A stretch of 64,000 nucleotides of DNA, taken from the NCBI RefSeq assembly GCF_040938485.1, contig NW_027270918.1:6138001-6202000 (forward strand), given 5' to 3'. Below are positions 11,817 to 25,200 of the stretch, one piece after another; the stretch's first letter is position 1, and every line of letters begins with the position of its first letter. The stretch comes from Diadema antillarum. Its lineage: Eukaryota. A program made the translations under genes and the position numbers. The notes beneath the pieces are model-generated. The model did no database searches and was not told where the DNA came from. It worked only from the letters and a program-made list of their open reading frames with translations.

Positions 11817-14320
11817 TTAAGATAGGTTGCATCTGGTAGCATACAAAGAAATATCTGTCCAGTGATTGTTCAATGATGTGAGCTATTGAAGTCATCAGTA
11901 TTAGATTACTGTGCTTTTTTGTCCTTTTGTCAGTGACACGACTGGTGTATACAAAATACCTTCTCTTCTGCGTCAAACTTGTCCAAGCAAAAGTTTTGTT
12001 ACTGCACATCAAGTAATGAATGATTTTCAGTGGGCAAAAACTATTCTCAGAAGTCACTTAAAAGGTTTTTTATTAGTCTTTACCACCTGAATGTGTTTTG
12101 CTTTTTGACGATGAAAGTTTATTAATGAAAAACCAATCACTCTCCACCAAAAACTGACAATTTTAAGGTGTCAAAAACTTGATAGAACATTTTTAGAAGT
12201 GTCCTGAGCTCCGTTCCACACTGATTTTCCAGCTTGTTGCTTGGGTAAAAGTATCTATGCCAGATGAATTTAGAAAATAGGACAGTGGGAAAGTGTTCCT
12301 TGGTTTTCTTACATATTGTTCCTTTCATGTTAAAATGAAAATAAACATAATATGAGTAGTAGTTTGATGTGCAGACATTTTGGCAGCAAGGCATGCATTT
12401 GCATCGAGGTTGTATTTTCAGCAGTATGTACAAAATTATATATATTATGATACATATGTAAACTGTAAAGTAATGTGCTACATTATGATGTGTGAGAATA
12501 TGTGTAAGCATAGTATGAGGAGTCCCGATTGGCTGTTGTATGCAATGTACATTGCCCCAATAATGTCATTTGAATCCCCTTTTAGTGCTTTGTGATGTTG
12601 TGCTGCTGTACGTTGAATTTCTTATTCCTACAACAGGACAGTATAGTATACCCAAAGGTGGACTACTATTTCAAGATTTAATTCACGTTGGGTCAAGCAG
12701 TGCATTAATGATTGATGCCTGATTTTTAAATATCTGGATTTGGATTAGTAAGGGAGGAGACACTTTTGTCTTCTGTAAATGATACTTAGAAATACTTATC
12801 AAATGAAATACTTGAATGAAGTATCAAACATGATCTAGTGTGATATATTTGATGTGAACTAAAGCTCTTGTAAGCCAACCATAGGGATTTTATGATAAGC
12901 TTCCAGTTCACTATTGCCAATTCTTAAAGGTGCAATGAAAGTATCACAGCAAAGTGCTGAATACACATCATACCACCTACAGAGAGATAACTCATCAACT
13001 TGCAATGATTGAGACATTTTCTACTAGCTGAGCGTGATAGACCTGTGATTTTGTCATTTCCCATTCTTTTCTGCCGGATAACTACATTGTATAATCGATG
13101 CATACAAAGAAATTAAAGAATGGAAGATTTTTCTATTTTCTGTGCTGCTGTGTATCTGCAATACCACCCCTTTTGAGTGAAAGACATGTCTTGTTGCAGA
13201 TTTCTGAATATTATTGTATATACCTCATATGTTGGCACGTAAAAGTAGAGATTTTTGATATTCAAGTGATTCAGCATTGTTGAAGATCTCATGAAATAAA
13301 GCCCATTTGCCTTTTATGTTGAGAGTAAACAAGTATTTTTTTTTTTTGGCAATGTTAAATTAAACATTTTATGTTTGAATGCCCTTAGTTACGAGCAACT
13401 CAAAAGCGGAACTTCATTTGCATATTGCGTACAGTTTTAGAGGTACAGTTAATAGTTTAGTAATTAGCAAAGTCATCACAAAACGGTCATTTTTGGGTTG
13501 AGTTTGAAATACTGTATTTTATTAGCAGGGGACAGCTAATTAATTTGGCCATTGTGACTGAAATGTGAGTGCATACATTACGATGCAATTACTTGTCCCT
13601 CAAGTTTAAATTTCTAGCCGTTCTGTTTTGTAGAATGGAACACTGCCAACTTATAAGCAAATCTTTTGCTCACAGTGAAGATTTTACTGCAGATTGTTGA
13701 TTGACTTATTCACACTTTGTTGCAGTTTTATTGCATTGTTCTAACATGCCAATCATTACATGTACACTGTATGTGTAGCATCCTCATTTTAAGAACCCAA
13801 TACATATGAATAGTGTAGTAATTTGTGTACCTTGTGCAAGACCAAGTGCTGGCAAAATTCAAGCATCAATGGTATGATGTGTAGCAGTCTTGTTTGAGTA
13901 CCAAAGCCAAGTATGCTCAGTTAAAAACTTTCAACTTGCGATTCTTGTTTAGATTGTGCATGTACCATACTTCAACTGACTTTGTGCATCAAGACATTCC
14001 ATGCATGTAGAATTAGGGGTGTCGGGTTGTAAATTGTTGTCATGTGTTGTGGGGTACCTGGTAGTCAGAAACTCAACATGTGTTTGTGATTGAAAATAGA
14101 AAATAGGAACCATTGCAAGCACCGACAGAATGTAAGATCAGCAGTTTTCATGCCTACTGTATGTATGGTCACATGTGACATGGCTTTACCATACTGATAT
14201 CAAGTTTGCGCTTGGTAATTAAAGGCCATTACATATTTGGTACAATCAACTTAACCGCATTATGCTTGTTCAGAATTGTTTTCATGCTTCAGTTACTAAA
14301 GTACAATCTTTTGTCAACAC

Positions 14321-14483
14321 NNNNNNNNNNNNNNNNNNNNNNNNNNNNNNNNNNNNNNNNNNNNNNNNNNNNNNNNNNNNNNNNNNNNNNNNNNNNNNNN
14401 NNNNNNNNNNNNNNNNNNNNNNNNNNNNNNNNNNNNNNNNNNNNNNNNNNNNNNNNNNNNNNNNNNNNNNNNNNNNNNNNNNN
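14321..14483. other. Assembly gap, 163 N
   Basis: Run of N. Confidence 1.
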
Positions 14484-14567
14484 AACACTTTTTATTTGAG
14501 CGTGAAGTCAATGCACTATAGGTATATGTCAACACCAGTATGTGTGTAATAAATAACACACACACAC

Positions 14568-14606
<39 letters not shown>

Positions 14607-16287
14607 TAAACACTTGTATTTGAGCATGAAGTTCAATGTATCAAGTTCATGCATGAAGTTCACTATAGGTACATATGTACTAGATTAAGTTCACAACAAA
14701 TATGTAATAGTACAGGTGTAAGGCTAATTGTATATCTTGAAAGCATGTGTATTACATGTACATTGTACTGACTAGAATGACTTCACAGCTCTTTCATACC
14801 ACAGGAATAAAATGGACATTGGGTACTCATACATGTATTTCAAATTACTCCGTAGTATCTTTATTATATCTAGCAGATGTAACATACACAGCAAAGGAAA
14901 AAATAATAGAATTACTCAAGATAATCGTCTTGACAAATTGTTGAAAATTAGGACAGTGATACACATAAGTGAAACAGACAAAAACAGGACATTGTATGGG
15001 TACACATCATACAAGATACATCAGACTAATAATTCCCACTACATTTGCGAATAGGGGATTTGAAGGGCCTCTGACAATAGGAATGTATGATGAATGACAC
15101 TGCTCTCCTGCCTAGAACAGCATGGAATAGTTATGGGAAATACTGGAGTAGCATATAGAAAGTTGTATACATATACTTAGCCATGAGTATGTGAAAGGAT
15201 TATCACTGAAATTTTTTTTTCACAATTTGCACCAGCAAAAACCAACATTCACCAACATGAAAGCAAACACATTATGGATATGTAAATGGAGAAGATGCTA
15301 TTTCCACGTCATTAAAACTAGCAGAAAATGTACTAATATTAAAGTAATATACCCGGTTTAAAAGATATGCAAGAGGCATTTGTAGGTAAATACACATGTA
15401 TTCAAATTACATCTTCTTTTTTTGTCCAATGTACCCAAAATACTCTATCCACATTTCTGTGTCAATGCAATTGTCCAATTACGGGTATTACAGGCATTTG
15501 ATTGGAATGCTAGAAAAAAACAAAATACATCTGGAAACAGTGCTTTTCCCAGTTCACATTTACCTCAACAACCTTTGATGAAATGAACTACTCTGTACAA
15601 TGTATATCTACTTCATCTCAATTCAGGTTACGTGACATTCCTTTTTTATTGCCTCATCTTAAAAAACATTTTGTTCCCTGTTCAGGTACTGATATCAGTG
15701 CTGCTGCCATTCCAATATTTAGACCCAACTTCAGTTGCACTACTTAAGGCCTGGCATGAACTATAGAGGCCTATAGTATACATTATTGCAAATTTTGACC
15801 TTGCAAACCAGTGAATACATGATATATGACATGTGAAAATTGAAAACAAAATCAAAAACACACAAATTGTACAAAACTCAACCCAAGAATCTTTGTACAC
15901 ACACTTATAATCCCTATCACATCAAACAGTGCCTCTCCCATCAAAATATTTCAAACGACCAACTGATATGTGTCCAAAAAAACATTTTTCTACTTTACAT
16001 CATCTACATTTGCCCTTAGAACATGTTTCCTTGCACTGCATACTGCACTAACAATGTCTGCACAACATTATCAGAATCATAGACAAGAATCTAAACCTAA
16101 ACCACATTTAAACAAAAAAAAATGCATTTCCCAGGATCGAGTGATGCCGGTAAAGTATTGCACCATATAGGAGATTGATAGATAAAGGTTTAGTCACGGA
16201 GGAAATTATCATATTCCAAAAGGACAAGTGAGAGTTACTGCAAACTACAATGGAAAAGACTACTACTATCTATCATAATACTTTACC

Positions 16288-16566
16288 CAACGCTTAACAC
16301 TGGCACTGGTCCGATGGTCCCAGACTGGTAAAAGTAACTGTCGGGCCAGTAACTTTTCAGGATATGCCAAATTTATTGGTTCAACATGACGGGTGAAAAA
16401 AAAACCAAAAACCATTGTCGGGGACAGTCAAAAAAAAAAAAAAAATAAGGAACATGACCAGTAAATTTGGTTTTGGACCAGTAAATATGGAAAAAAAATG
16501 GGTAACTACTGGTCCGACCTGTCCCTGTCAGACCAGTGGGAAAAAATAGGTAAGTGTACAGCCCTG
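16288..16566 (-). mobile_element. CAGGGCT-ended MITE (hAT-like), same family as 932-1110
   Basis: CAACGCTTAACACTGGCACTGGTCC...AAGTGTACAGCCCTG; 7-bp duplication CTTTACC. Confidence 0.65.
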
Positions 16567-19276
16567 CTTTACCACATGTCCACTTACAGTGCCACAATTG
16601 TGAAGAGAAAAGGCTGTATTTTGATGCACAAATGCTTGATTTTTCACATCAAACAACATAAGAGAATTAACCAAAAGAGTAAAGTACAATATTAGGGGTG
16701 GGGGCAGGTTTTGGCAGGGTGCAAACTACAGGTCTTTCAAGATCTCTCTCACACAAAGATTACACTAATTAACATTCACATTACTTACTACCGTACTTGG
16801 TGTGTAAATATGACAAACATGTGGAGATAACACAAACATTAGGACTTCAAATGCCAGTACAAGTACAATTGTTGTATGTTTACCACACATTTTGATGCAG
16901 CAAAGCAGCAGACTGGCAATTAACATACAATATCATACTACACTTGTATATCATGTTATTGTTCAACAAGACAGAAAAATGTATGAGTGACATACTGAGT
17001 GCGTGTGGAGGGGGGAGGGGAAGGAAAATGACCAATCCTTCAAATGGTTAGATTACAATCACATACAAAAAATATTACTGAATATCTGTACTGTCCATTG
17101 ATTTACAATCCATGCAGCTATGTGTATCTTCTTGGCAGCTTTGATTAGACTAGACTGATAGACTACATGTGTAACAGGGAATGAAAATAAATAAATTCCT
17201 TCAGAATGTTTTGTACAACATTCATTTGAATTGAATAGATGTTAATCCTAAATAATAGTGTCTCTATCGTCCAATCCGTTAATTGCTTTGTTATAATCCC
17301 TCAAAAATAATCTTACACATACTGTATACACATATCTGAGTTAAACATCTTGAGGATTTGACGTGTATAGTTTTCATAATACAACATCCATAAAGTAATG
17401 ACAAGCATTATCATCCTCTTTAGATTCCCGGGACCTCCAGCCTAAATTCTATCGACTTCTTGTCTACAAACATGTTGCCAATGGGACTAGAAACTGTCAA
17501 AGAGCTTTAAAAACAACAACAATGCTGTACACATTAAATCAGATTATTGCTGTAATTTCACATCTTAGGTGCTATGAAATATTACGGTAAACTGACATAG
17601 ATCAAAAAGTAATTGCTCTACTGACAAGTTCATGCTTTACGAGTATCAAAATTGCTATATCACATTACGCTAAAGTGTAGTACTGATGTTATGTTATTAC
17701 AATTTATAGGGGAAAGAGTTAGCACCAGTAAGTTGGCCTTCATTATAAGTTCTTGATGTAGAATAGTACAGTCATTATCATATTACACACTAAATCTGAC
17801 TTTATTATTTGAAGAAAGAATGGAGAATAAATGTAGGCAAACTTGTTAGCACATATACATATGTAATTGCTATCTAAAAGCAGATTTTGGGACAAGGTAC
17901 ATTGTAATGTACAAAAATATTTACTGTTAATTGTCTGCATCGAGTTAATATCGTGGCTTACTTCAAGCTCATATTACAACACCTGATTACCTTTTCTACA
18001 AGCAAATTACACATCACACACTCATCATATTCAAACAGTACATGGAATGATTATTCCAATCAAAAGATGTGAAAACAAGCACACACACACACACTGTGGG
18101 ACAAAGCGTATAATGAACCCTTCTTTGGAGTCTTACAAATATTGACTCTTTACATTCTGTCATATTTATGCAATTCAGAAAGAAAAGGTCTGAGTTCCTG
18201 ACAATTATCATATTTACATTAAATACAATATAGTACTTGTAACCTTAAATTCCCAGCTGAGGACACCAGATTACACAGGTGGAACTATTTGAAGACCAAA
18301 TGAAATTCATGGAACTTCTTTAATACCCACTACTTGGTTCCAACATCATATAAGGACAATACTGCACCAATATTATAGGCCTATACACAATGGGGTTAAT
18401 ACCTTATAATCTTGACAATCCAATGAGAGTTCAATTTTCCTAACTGTTTTTGATTTACCTGGCCACAGTGTGAAACAGCTTGTTCTCAAGTGTGAAAGAT
18501 ACTTTACCAGCATGTACAGATGTCATCACAATATAAAGCTCAGAAGAGACAACTCAGACAGGTTTGATGACCACCTTTGCTGACTCGAGTTGCAGTATAT
18601 GGTCACTTGTATTGGTCTTGTGAACTCACACAGTCAAAGACAGATCATCATAGCAAAGTTCTTGAAGTTTAAGACAAGGAATTTCACACATCAGGCCCCT
18701 TAGTGTCTTTGTATGAGTTTGATGATCACAGTAATTTCACCATCTCAGGACTATGGTCTAAAATACCCTTGCTACAGACATTATGCTGCTGGTAATAACA
18801 GACTTCACTTAAGATAGATGAAGAAGGCAATGAAGACAACTAGTGTGTATGACAGAAGAAAAGTGACATGGACTTTGATCTCCACCAGCCCATGGAATGA
18901 GCGATGAAATGAAGGTAAAAGGCAAGCATGAGTTATAAGAGACTTTATCTTAAACAGAAAGCAGATATAATTCCACAACAAACACAAAGACATTCAGTGA
19001 AGATCACATCTTGCTTTAAGACACCACAGTAACAAACTCCAATGGAATACAAATTGTAATATCTCATAAATCACTTTAAAATATGGCCGTATAGCTATTG
19101 AACTGAAGAGACAGAAAAAGGATGAGATAACAGAAAGAAAAAAAATCACTCTGAGTTTGGAATGATCATTCCAAATCTACCAAACTCAAAATGTATATCA
19201 TCTCCTCATATGCCTACAGGAAAATAAAAGGATTGATACCTTTTTAAAATTCTATTTCATCTGATCAGCTCCATGT

Positions 19277-22200
19277 TTACAACTCCCATTCTTCTCTGAC
19301 ATGGACAGGCACAGCACTTTTGGACTTTCTAGTCTGCGGTGAGGAGAGCGTCAGAGGGTTTCGAGGAGACCTCGGGTACTGCTTTGGGGTCCTGTTCTCA
19401 CGCTCCGGGGTGTGTCTGGACCTGGCAGGGGAGGGAGACTTTCCCAGCCGCTTGACCGGCTTCACAGGAGATCTGTGCTTGATGACCGCCTTCCTGCCAC
19501 CCTGACCGCGAATCCTTGTCCTCTGGGCCAAGTGGACAGGAGTGAGTGGGGTGGCTCTGCGAGGATCGAGCGGTGCAGGCCTTCTGGGCCGACCCAGCTG
19601 AGGAGAGTTGTTGTCACCCAGGGGCTTGACTGGTGGAGTGACAGCCTCGCCCTCCCCTTTGTCGAAGGACTTTTGCCTCTGTAGTTTGGCAAAAGACTCT
19701 CTCTCCAGGAAGGCTGTCCTCTGCTTCTGTGAGACAGGTCGGCGACGTTTGATGGAACGTGGTGTGGTAAGCTCATCAGCTTTCTTTGGAGTCGATGCAA
19801 GATCTGCCCCTTTCTTATCTACTGATGTGTCTGGTGCAACCTTGGTATTTCTCTCAGAGCGTCGAGTCAAGGACTGGCTCTCATGTGTGGGTGTGCTGAT
19901 GTCCTGCATTGACTGTGACCCACGAATTGGGTAGCGAGATTTCCCACCAGCCCTGGAAGAGCCACTCCTAGTCTGCTTTGGTGTTGAGATGTCCTCCATT
20001 GAGGCAGAGGAAGACACTGTCTTCTTGTTGGGTTCTCCTCCTACAGCTGCCAGGAAGGAGTCATTCATGTCTCTCCTCCTCAAGTCCTTCGCCATGGTAG
20101 CGGTGACATTGCATATACCGCTGTCCATGCTGGTTGATTTGGTCAGCGGAGTACGGGGTGCGGGATGGATTGTTGGTTCCCTCTGACTGCCTCCTCTGGT
20201 TCGGGGCTTTCTCTCCACGCCCCTCGAAATGGAGTCCAGTTCTTGATGGCTCGCCGAGATGGAATTGAACAGCTTGATGTTGGCCTTGACAATGCTAGCG
20301 TTATGCTTGCCCTTCCACGCCGGCAGGTCTCCAGCCACTGGCAATGTCTGCGACTGGCTCGGAGCTTTCTTCAAGTCAGATCTTAGAGCTTCAACAATGT
20401 CATACACATCTTTGTCCTTAGCTTTGTGGGCACAGCTCCCAGGAATCTTAAAGATGTCCTGGTCCCTGCCACCATGATCCTGTCCTATTGAGGAATCACT
20501 TAATGAACTTCCCATCTTAGTCTCTTCTTTATCCATCTCAATATCAAGCAACTCCCCACAGCTGCTTTGCTCTTGTGGTGATTTTGCACCGCTGAAATCA
20601 TCACAATTTGCAGTACAGTCTCCTTTACTAATCCCTTCATCCTCAACTTGTAGTTTGCCAACTATTTCTGCACAGTCATTGGACTCTCCCCTCTTGCATA
20701 CATCTCCATTTTCTACAACGTCTCCGGCCTCACCCTCTCCGACCCCAATGCCAACGTCCACTTCCTCTGTCACAATGGTTTGGGCTTGGCAACCTGAATT
20801 CAATGAGTGTTTATCACCCTCTTCTTCATTGAGATCCTCCATGGAACATCCCTTGCCACTGTCTTGAGACTCAGACTTGGAGAGCTTCCCAAATGCAGGA
20901 GCAGTGACGGAATCTCCTAAACCCACTTCATTTCGGTTTGGTGGACTGCTGGAATCTTTCACAGTTCTTATCAACTCCTGGACACCTTCTTCCTGGCCAC
21001 GACCGATGTCACTCTTCCCAGAAGTACAAATCGGTTCAGCATTTGCACTACACATCTCATCAGAGGCATTCCCAGGGGTACTATTACAGGTCTCTGCTGT
21101 TTTAAAAGAGTGCTTAGTGTCCACATCCTGTATGCCATCCTGGTCTTGCCTGACAGGATCTTCTTGTGGTCTGGTTGTTGCATCTACACACTCAACAACA
21201 CACGGAGAGCCAATGGCAGTTTCTAGGTATGGGGCCTGTTGCTGGTTCTCCGATGATGCAAGTGCTTCAACCCCAAACTGACTGAACTCTGATTTCTGGC
21301 TGCAGCTGCTGATACCAGACAAGACACTGGACAAGCTAACCTGACTCACTGACTGCATCAGTGGCTTCCCTGTTGCTCCTGCTGTCTGCTCTTTGTCCAT
21401 GGAAGATGCCTGCAAGTTAGCCATCCCAGGACCCCTCTTGGCTTCCAATGTATCATCAGAGTCAAGAGTGGTGTACACACTTTCTGCAGCCTTAATTTTT
21501 TCCCTGGTGTTCTGCGACACCGTCACTGATGGACTGATTCGCTCTTTTCCCAGCTGCCTGCCGATCAAGTGGGAGGTGTGTACCTGCTGGTTCTTGACAT
21601 ACTCTTCAGTGAGATCTTCCCCCTTAGCCGAGTGGGTGTCCACCACAACAACCTTCGGGGATTGGGCCTGGCCGTCATGCATATCCACAATGAGAACCCT
21701 GGGGGATTCCCCTGCCGAGAACCTTATCGCTCCCTGACGCACGGGTGTGTGTGCCTCCTTCCACCCCTCCACATTTCGCTTCTTGCAGGGCTGGGGTAGG
21801 TCGGGGGATGCCCCAGTGAGGAGCCGGGCCGGTGAGCTGGGGGCCTTGACGTGTCTGCGCTGCCGTGATGGGCTGCTGAAGTCTGGACTTGGTCGCACTG
21901 GCGCCTCAAAGAGCTTCATGGTGTCGAGGGCACCTTCTGGTGGGGAAGCGTTGGCCAGCCTCCATCCAACATCTTTGGTGTCCTTTTTCTTGCAGAGTGG
22001 GGTCTGAAATGTATCAAATCATCAAATGTAAAGTCACACACTTGCACATCAGTTGGGCTACAAGTATGTTCAATATTAGATTCTCAATGGTTACAATAAA
22101 CACAAAAAATCAGTCCATAGCTCCTTAAAATAGAAAATTTAAATGAGAACTTACCTGTTTGAAATTTAAATTGTATTTTATGAGGAAGGCGAAGGAAGAG

Positions 22201-25200
22201 ACTACGATGCATAAAGAGTAATAATAGGAGAGCCCGCACGCGCGTCCAGCAATATTAGTAGCTCCGAAAAATGTGAATACCAATACCAGCAGTCATCCTA
22301 CTGCTATTGAGAACTACCTGAGATTATGAAGAAGGGTGGGAGAGGAGGGACTGTAGTCTCTTCCTTCGCCTTCCTCATAAAATACAATTTAAATTTCAAA
22401 CAGGTAAGTTCTCATTTAAATTTTCTATTTTATTTCGGAAGTCTCGAAAGAGACTACGATGCATAAAGAGTAATAATAGGAGACTTTGAAGCTGGTAGTC
22501 ACATTTCTTGGCCACACAGAACTGTGCCAATGACCATAATTACCACAAGGGGTACAATGTATGGCTTTACCTTTTACGATAATACTGCATGGCTGAAACC
22601 CCTATTCTCATTCCTGAGGGGTTTCGCGTAATATGTTTGAAATGTCTTCTCGTTACTCCAGCCTGCCTGTGCCAAAATCTCATGTACAGGCAGATCTTTC
22701 CTCTGGGCAGCAGACGCTGAGGCTGCTCTCGTGGAGTGTGCCGAGAACATGCTGGTGTCAATCCCAGCTTCTGTCATAACTGTCTTAATCCATCGTGACA
22801 AAGTTTGGGTAGAAACCCTGTGATACGGTTTACAAAAACTTATTAACAGATACTTTTGGTCCTTCCTAATGATCTGAGTCCTTCTCAGATACTCTCGAAG
22901 GTATCGTACAATGCAAACTCGTCTGTCTTACTCAATAGAGCAAGTGCGTCTTGCTGAGACTCGGAGATATCTCGCGCGTCGAGAGAGCGAAGAAGAGCCC
23001 CAATACCGCGAGTCAGACATTTCTGCACTCTCTGTAGTTTCAAATCACGATTACGCGTGACGGACTGCAAGTGTTCCCAAATGGGAGCGTTCACTTTAGG
23101 TGTATCGAGGTGGGGGCAGTTGCTCGGTGGGGGGTATTTTTCAACCGTTTCCTCAATGGCTTTATCTTCTAGTTTGTTGCCAATAAAGTAGTTCACCGAT
23201 TTTGCGATTTCCTCGTCAACTGCCTCCCCAATCCCGAGGGGGATAGCATACTTGGCTGCCAACTGTGGTAGCTGTGCAGCAGGGGGAACCTCTTCCACCC
23301 CTTCGTCAAAATCGAACGGTCCATCACGCTCTGCGTCTTCAGACGTAGACGTATCAAAATCGTCCCCAACAAAATGGCGGACGTTAGTAGGCAAGCGGGA
23401 AAATTCCTCCGCTGTAGATTTCGATGTAGACGCGCCTGTATGTACCACAGCAGCACGGCTAGTGGTTTTATCATGCGATTGGGGAAGGTGTTTCACCACT
23501 TCGGCGAGGAGATTTTCAAGTTTGTCTAGACGAGAACTAACGTCCCCGGAGGTAGACGCCCGATCCTCGGAAGGGGCTTTTGATACCGTATGAGGAGCTT
23601 TTTTGGGAATTTTCTTCATCGTCTTCTTCCCTGAATCTTGAGCCTTTCCGATGCTCACATTCTTCTGTACGTGCGCCGTACCGGCATCGCCGGAGGGAGG
23701 CGCTGGTGGTGGTAACTCTGACTTCGTGGCACAGACCTCCTGTCCACGTGTAGCACGTAAAGCGAAGGATGGATCGTGCTGCTCTTTCGAGCTCATATTT
23801 ATCGAACCACCGTAACGTTTAGGCTCGAAAGATGCGTCAAAACACTTCTCAGTAGGTTCCGGATGACCGGCGAAGCAAAATTTCTCGCGAGAAGGAAAAT
23901 TCCGGCGATGAATTTATGGAAAAATTTCAAACCGCGGAGCTATGCAGGAGAACCTCCTGTCGGCTGGAACGAACGCGAACGTATTGCTGGACGCGCGTGC
24001 GGGCTCTCCTATTATTACTCTTTATGCATCGTAGTCTCTTTCGAGACTTCCGAAATAAAATAGTTACCATAACAACATCTTACAATAAAACAGAAACCCA
24101 AAACTAATTGGTTGTTGCCATGGTGGCTGCTGTTATAGTCATGTTGCTGTCACAATTTGTCCTAACTTCAACTAGACCAAGATTTGTGTTTGGGTATGGG
24201 ACTGATTCAAGTTTTAGCTCTGAGTTTTGTGACAGCTCAAATGAGGATTCATTGCTGTGATGGCATCATACCAGACTTCAGCTTCAGTTTGTTTGTTTGT
24301 TTGTTTTTTCCAATGAATTTCAGAGTGGTTTTGGTATCAATCATCATTGCGAGAGATAAAAACAATCATTTAGGAGATATGAGACGAAGCATACTGTCAT
24401 GATAAATGGTATTTGAAAGAGATCAAGAACGGACTATCATCTCATCCCATCAGGTCGTGAGGGACTTTGGCTGCAGGGATTATCACCATGTCGTCATCAA
24501 ATTGGCTCCTCTGAATATTAATGCATATCTAATGAATGAGATAGATTGCATAGAACTGGGCCATGTTCTATGAAGAGTTATAATTGATTATATAGTTGAT
24601 TTCTATCATAAGTCTATGGCAGCCTGTGGGGGTAAGGGAATTTATAAGTGATCATATCTTTTGATAAAACGGGGCCCTGGTTGAATTTATTTAGTCTCCA
24701 TAAATTGGAAAAGTTTCCCAGTCTGAGAAAGAAATGTCAGGAACTTTAATTTCTATGAGGTTTTAAATACCAATTTGAGAATAATTTATAAATTTAGCAA
24801 ATATAAGAGATTTTATGAAAACAAACAAATTCAATATGAACAAAGAGAGCATATGATTGAAAGAGATTCTCTGTAATCGATCCAAACAGATACTGTGCAT
24901 GCATAGGACAAATCAGAAAGAAACAGTACAGAGCTACCTACCCACAGCAACTAGATTTCAGGGAATTCACTGGTTATCTAATGAATGGTGTCTACTGGCT
25001 GTTTCTGGAGCACGTCAGTTTGAGTGACTGGATTGAGTATTATTTATTATTGCAATGTATGAATGATAAACTCATTTGGTTTGGTTTGGGTTTTGTTGCT
25101 GTCTTATCTTATTCTATATTTTTGTGAGATACTGTAACTTCAAATGTTACCTATTAAAAAGCAAAATTATATTCTGTGTGATACCAGCTCTAAAGATTAT

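Larger units (their letters stand above)
22127..24063 (-). mobile_element. Internally deleted (non-autonomous) DIRS1-type tyrosine-recombinase retrotransposon in the last ARHGAP11A intron
   Basis: Perfect 59-bp inverted terminal repeats (23982-24040 vs 22196-22254). The internal complementary region 22353-22483 is the exact reverse complement of both termini (22127-22205 and 24005-24063). It contains a gag-like ORF and a tyrosine-recombinase C-terminal remnant on the minus strand. Confidence 0.92.

Noticed and set aside
19320-21800. Many plus-strand and alternate-frame ORFs over the RhoGAP last exon (also 30873-31340 and 56120-56476)
   Set aside because: Shadows of GC-richer coding sequence; no recognisable motifs.
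24330-24513. Possible extra RhoGAP exon (RSQFDDDMVIIPAAKVPHDLMG*)
   Set aside because: It contains an early stop, and exons 25245-25308 and 19277-22003 already join in phase; no independent support.
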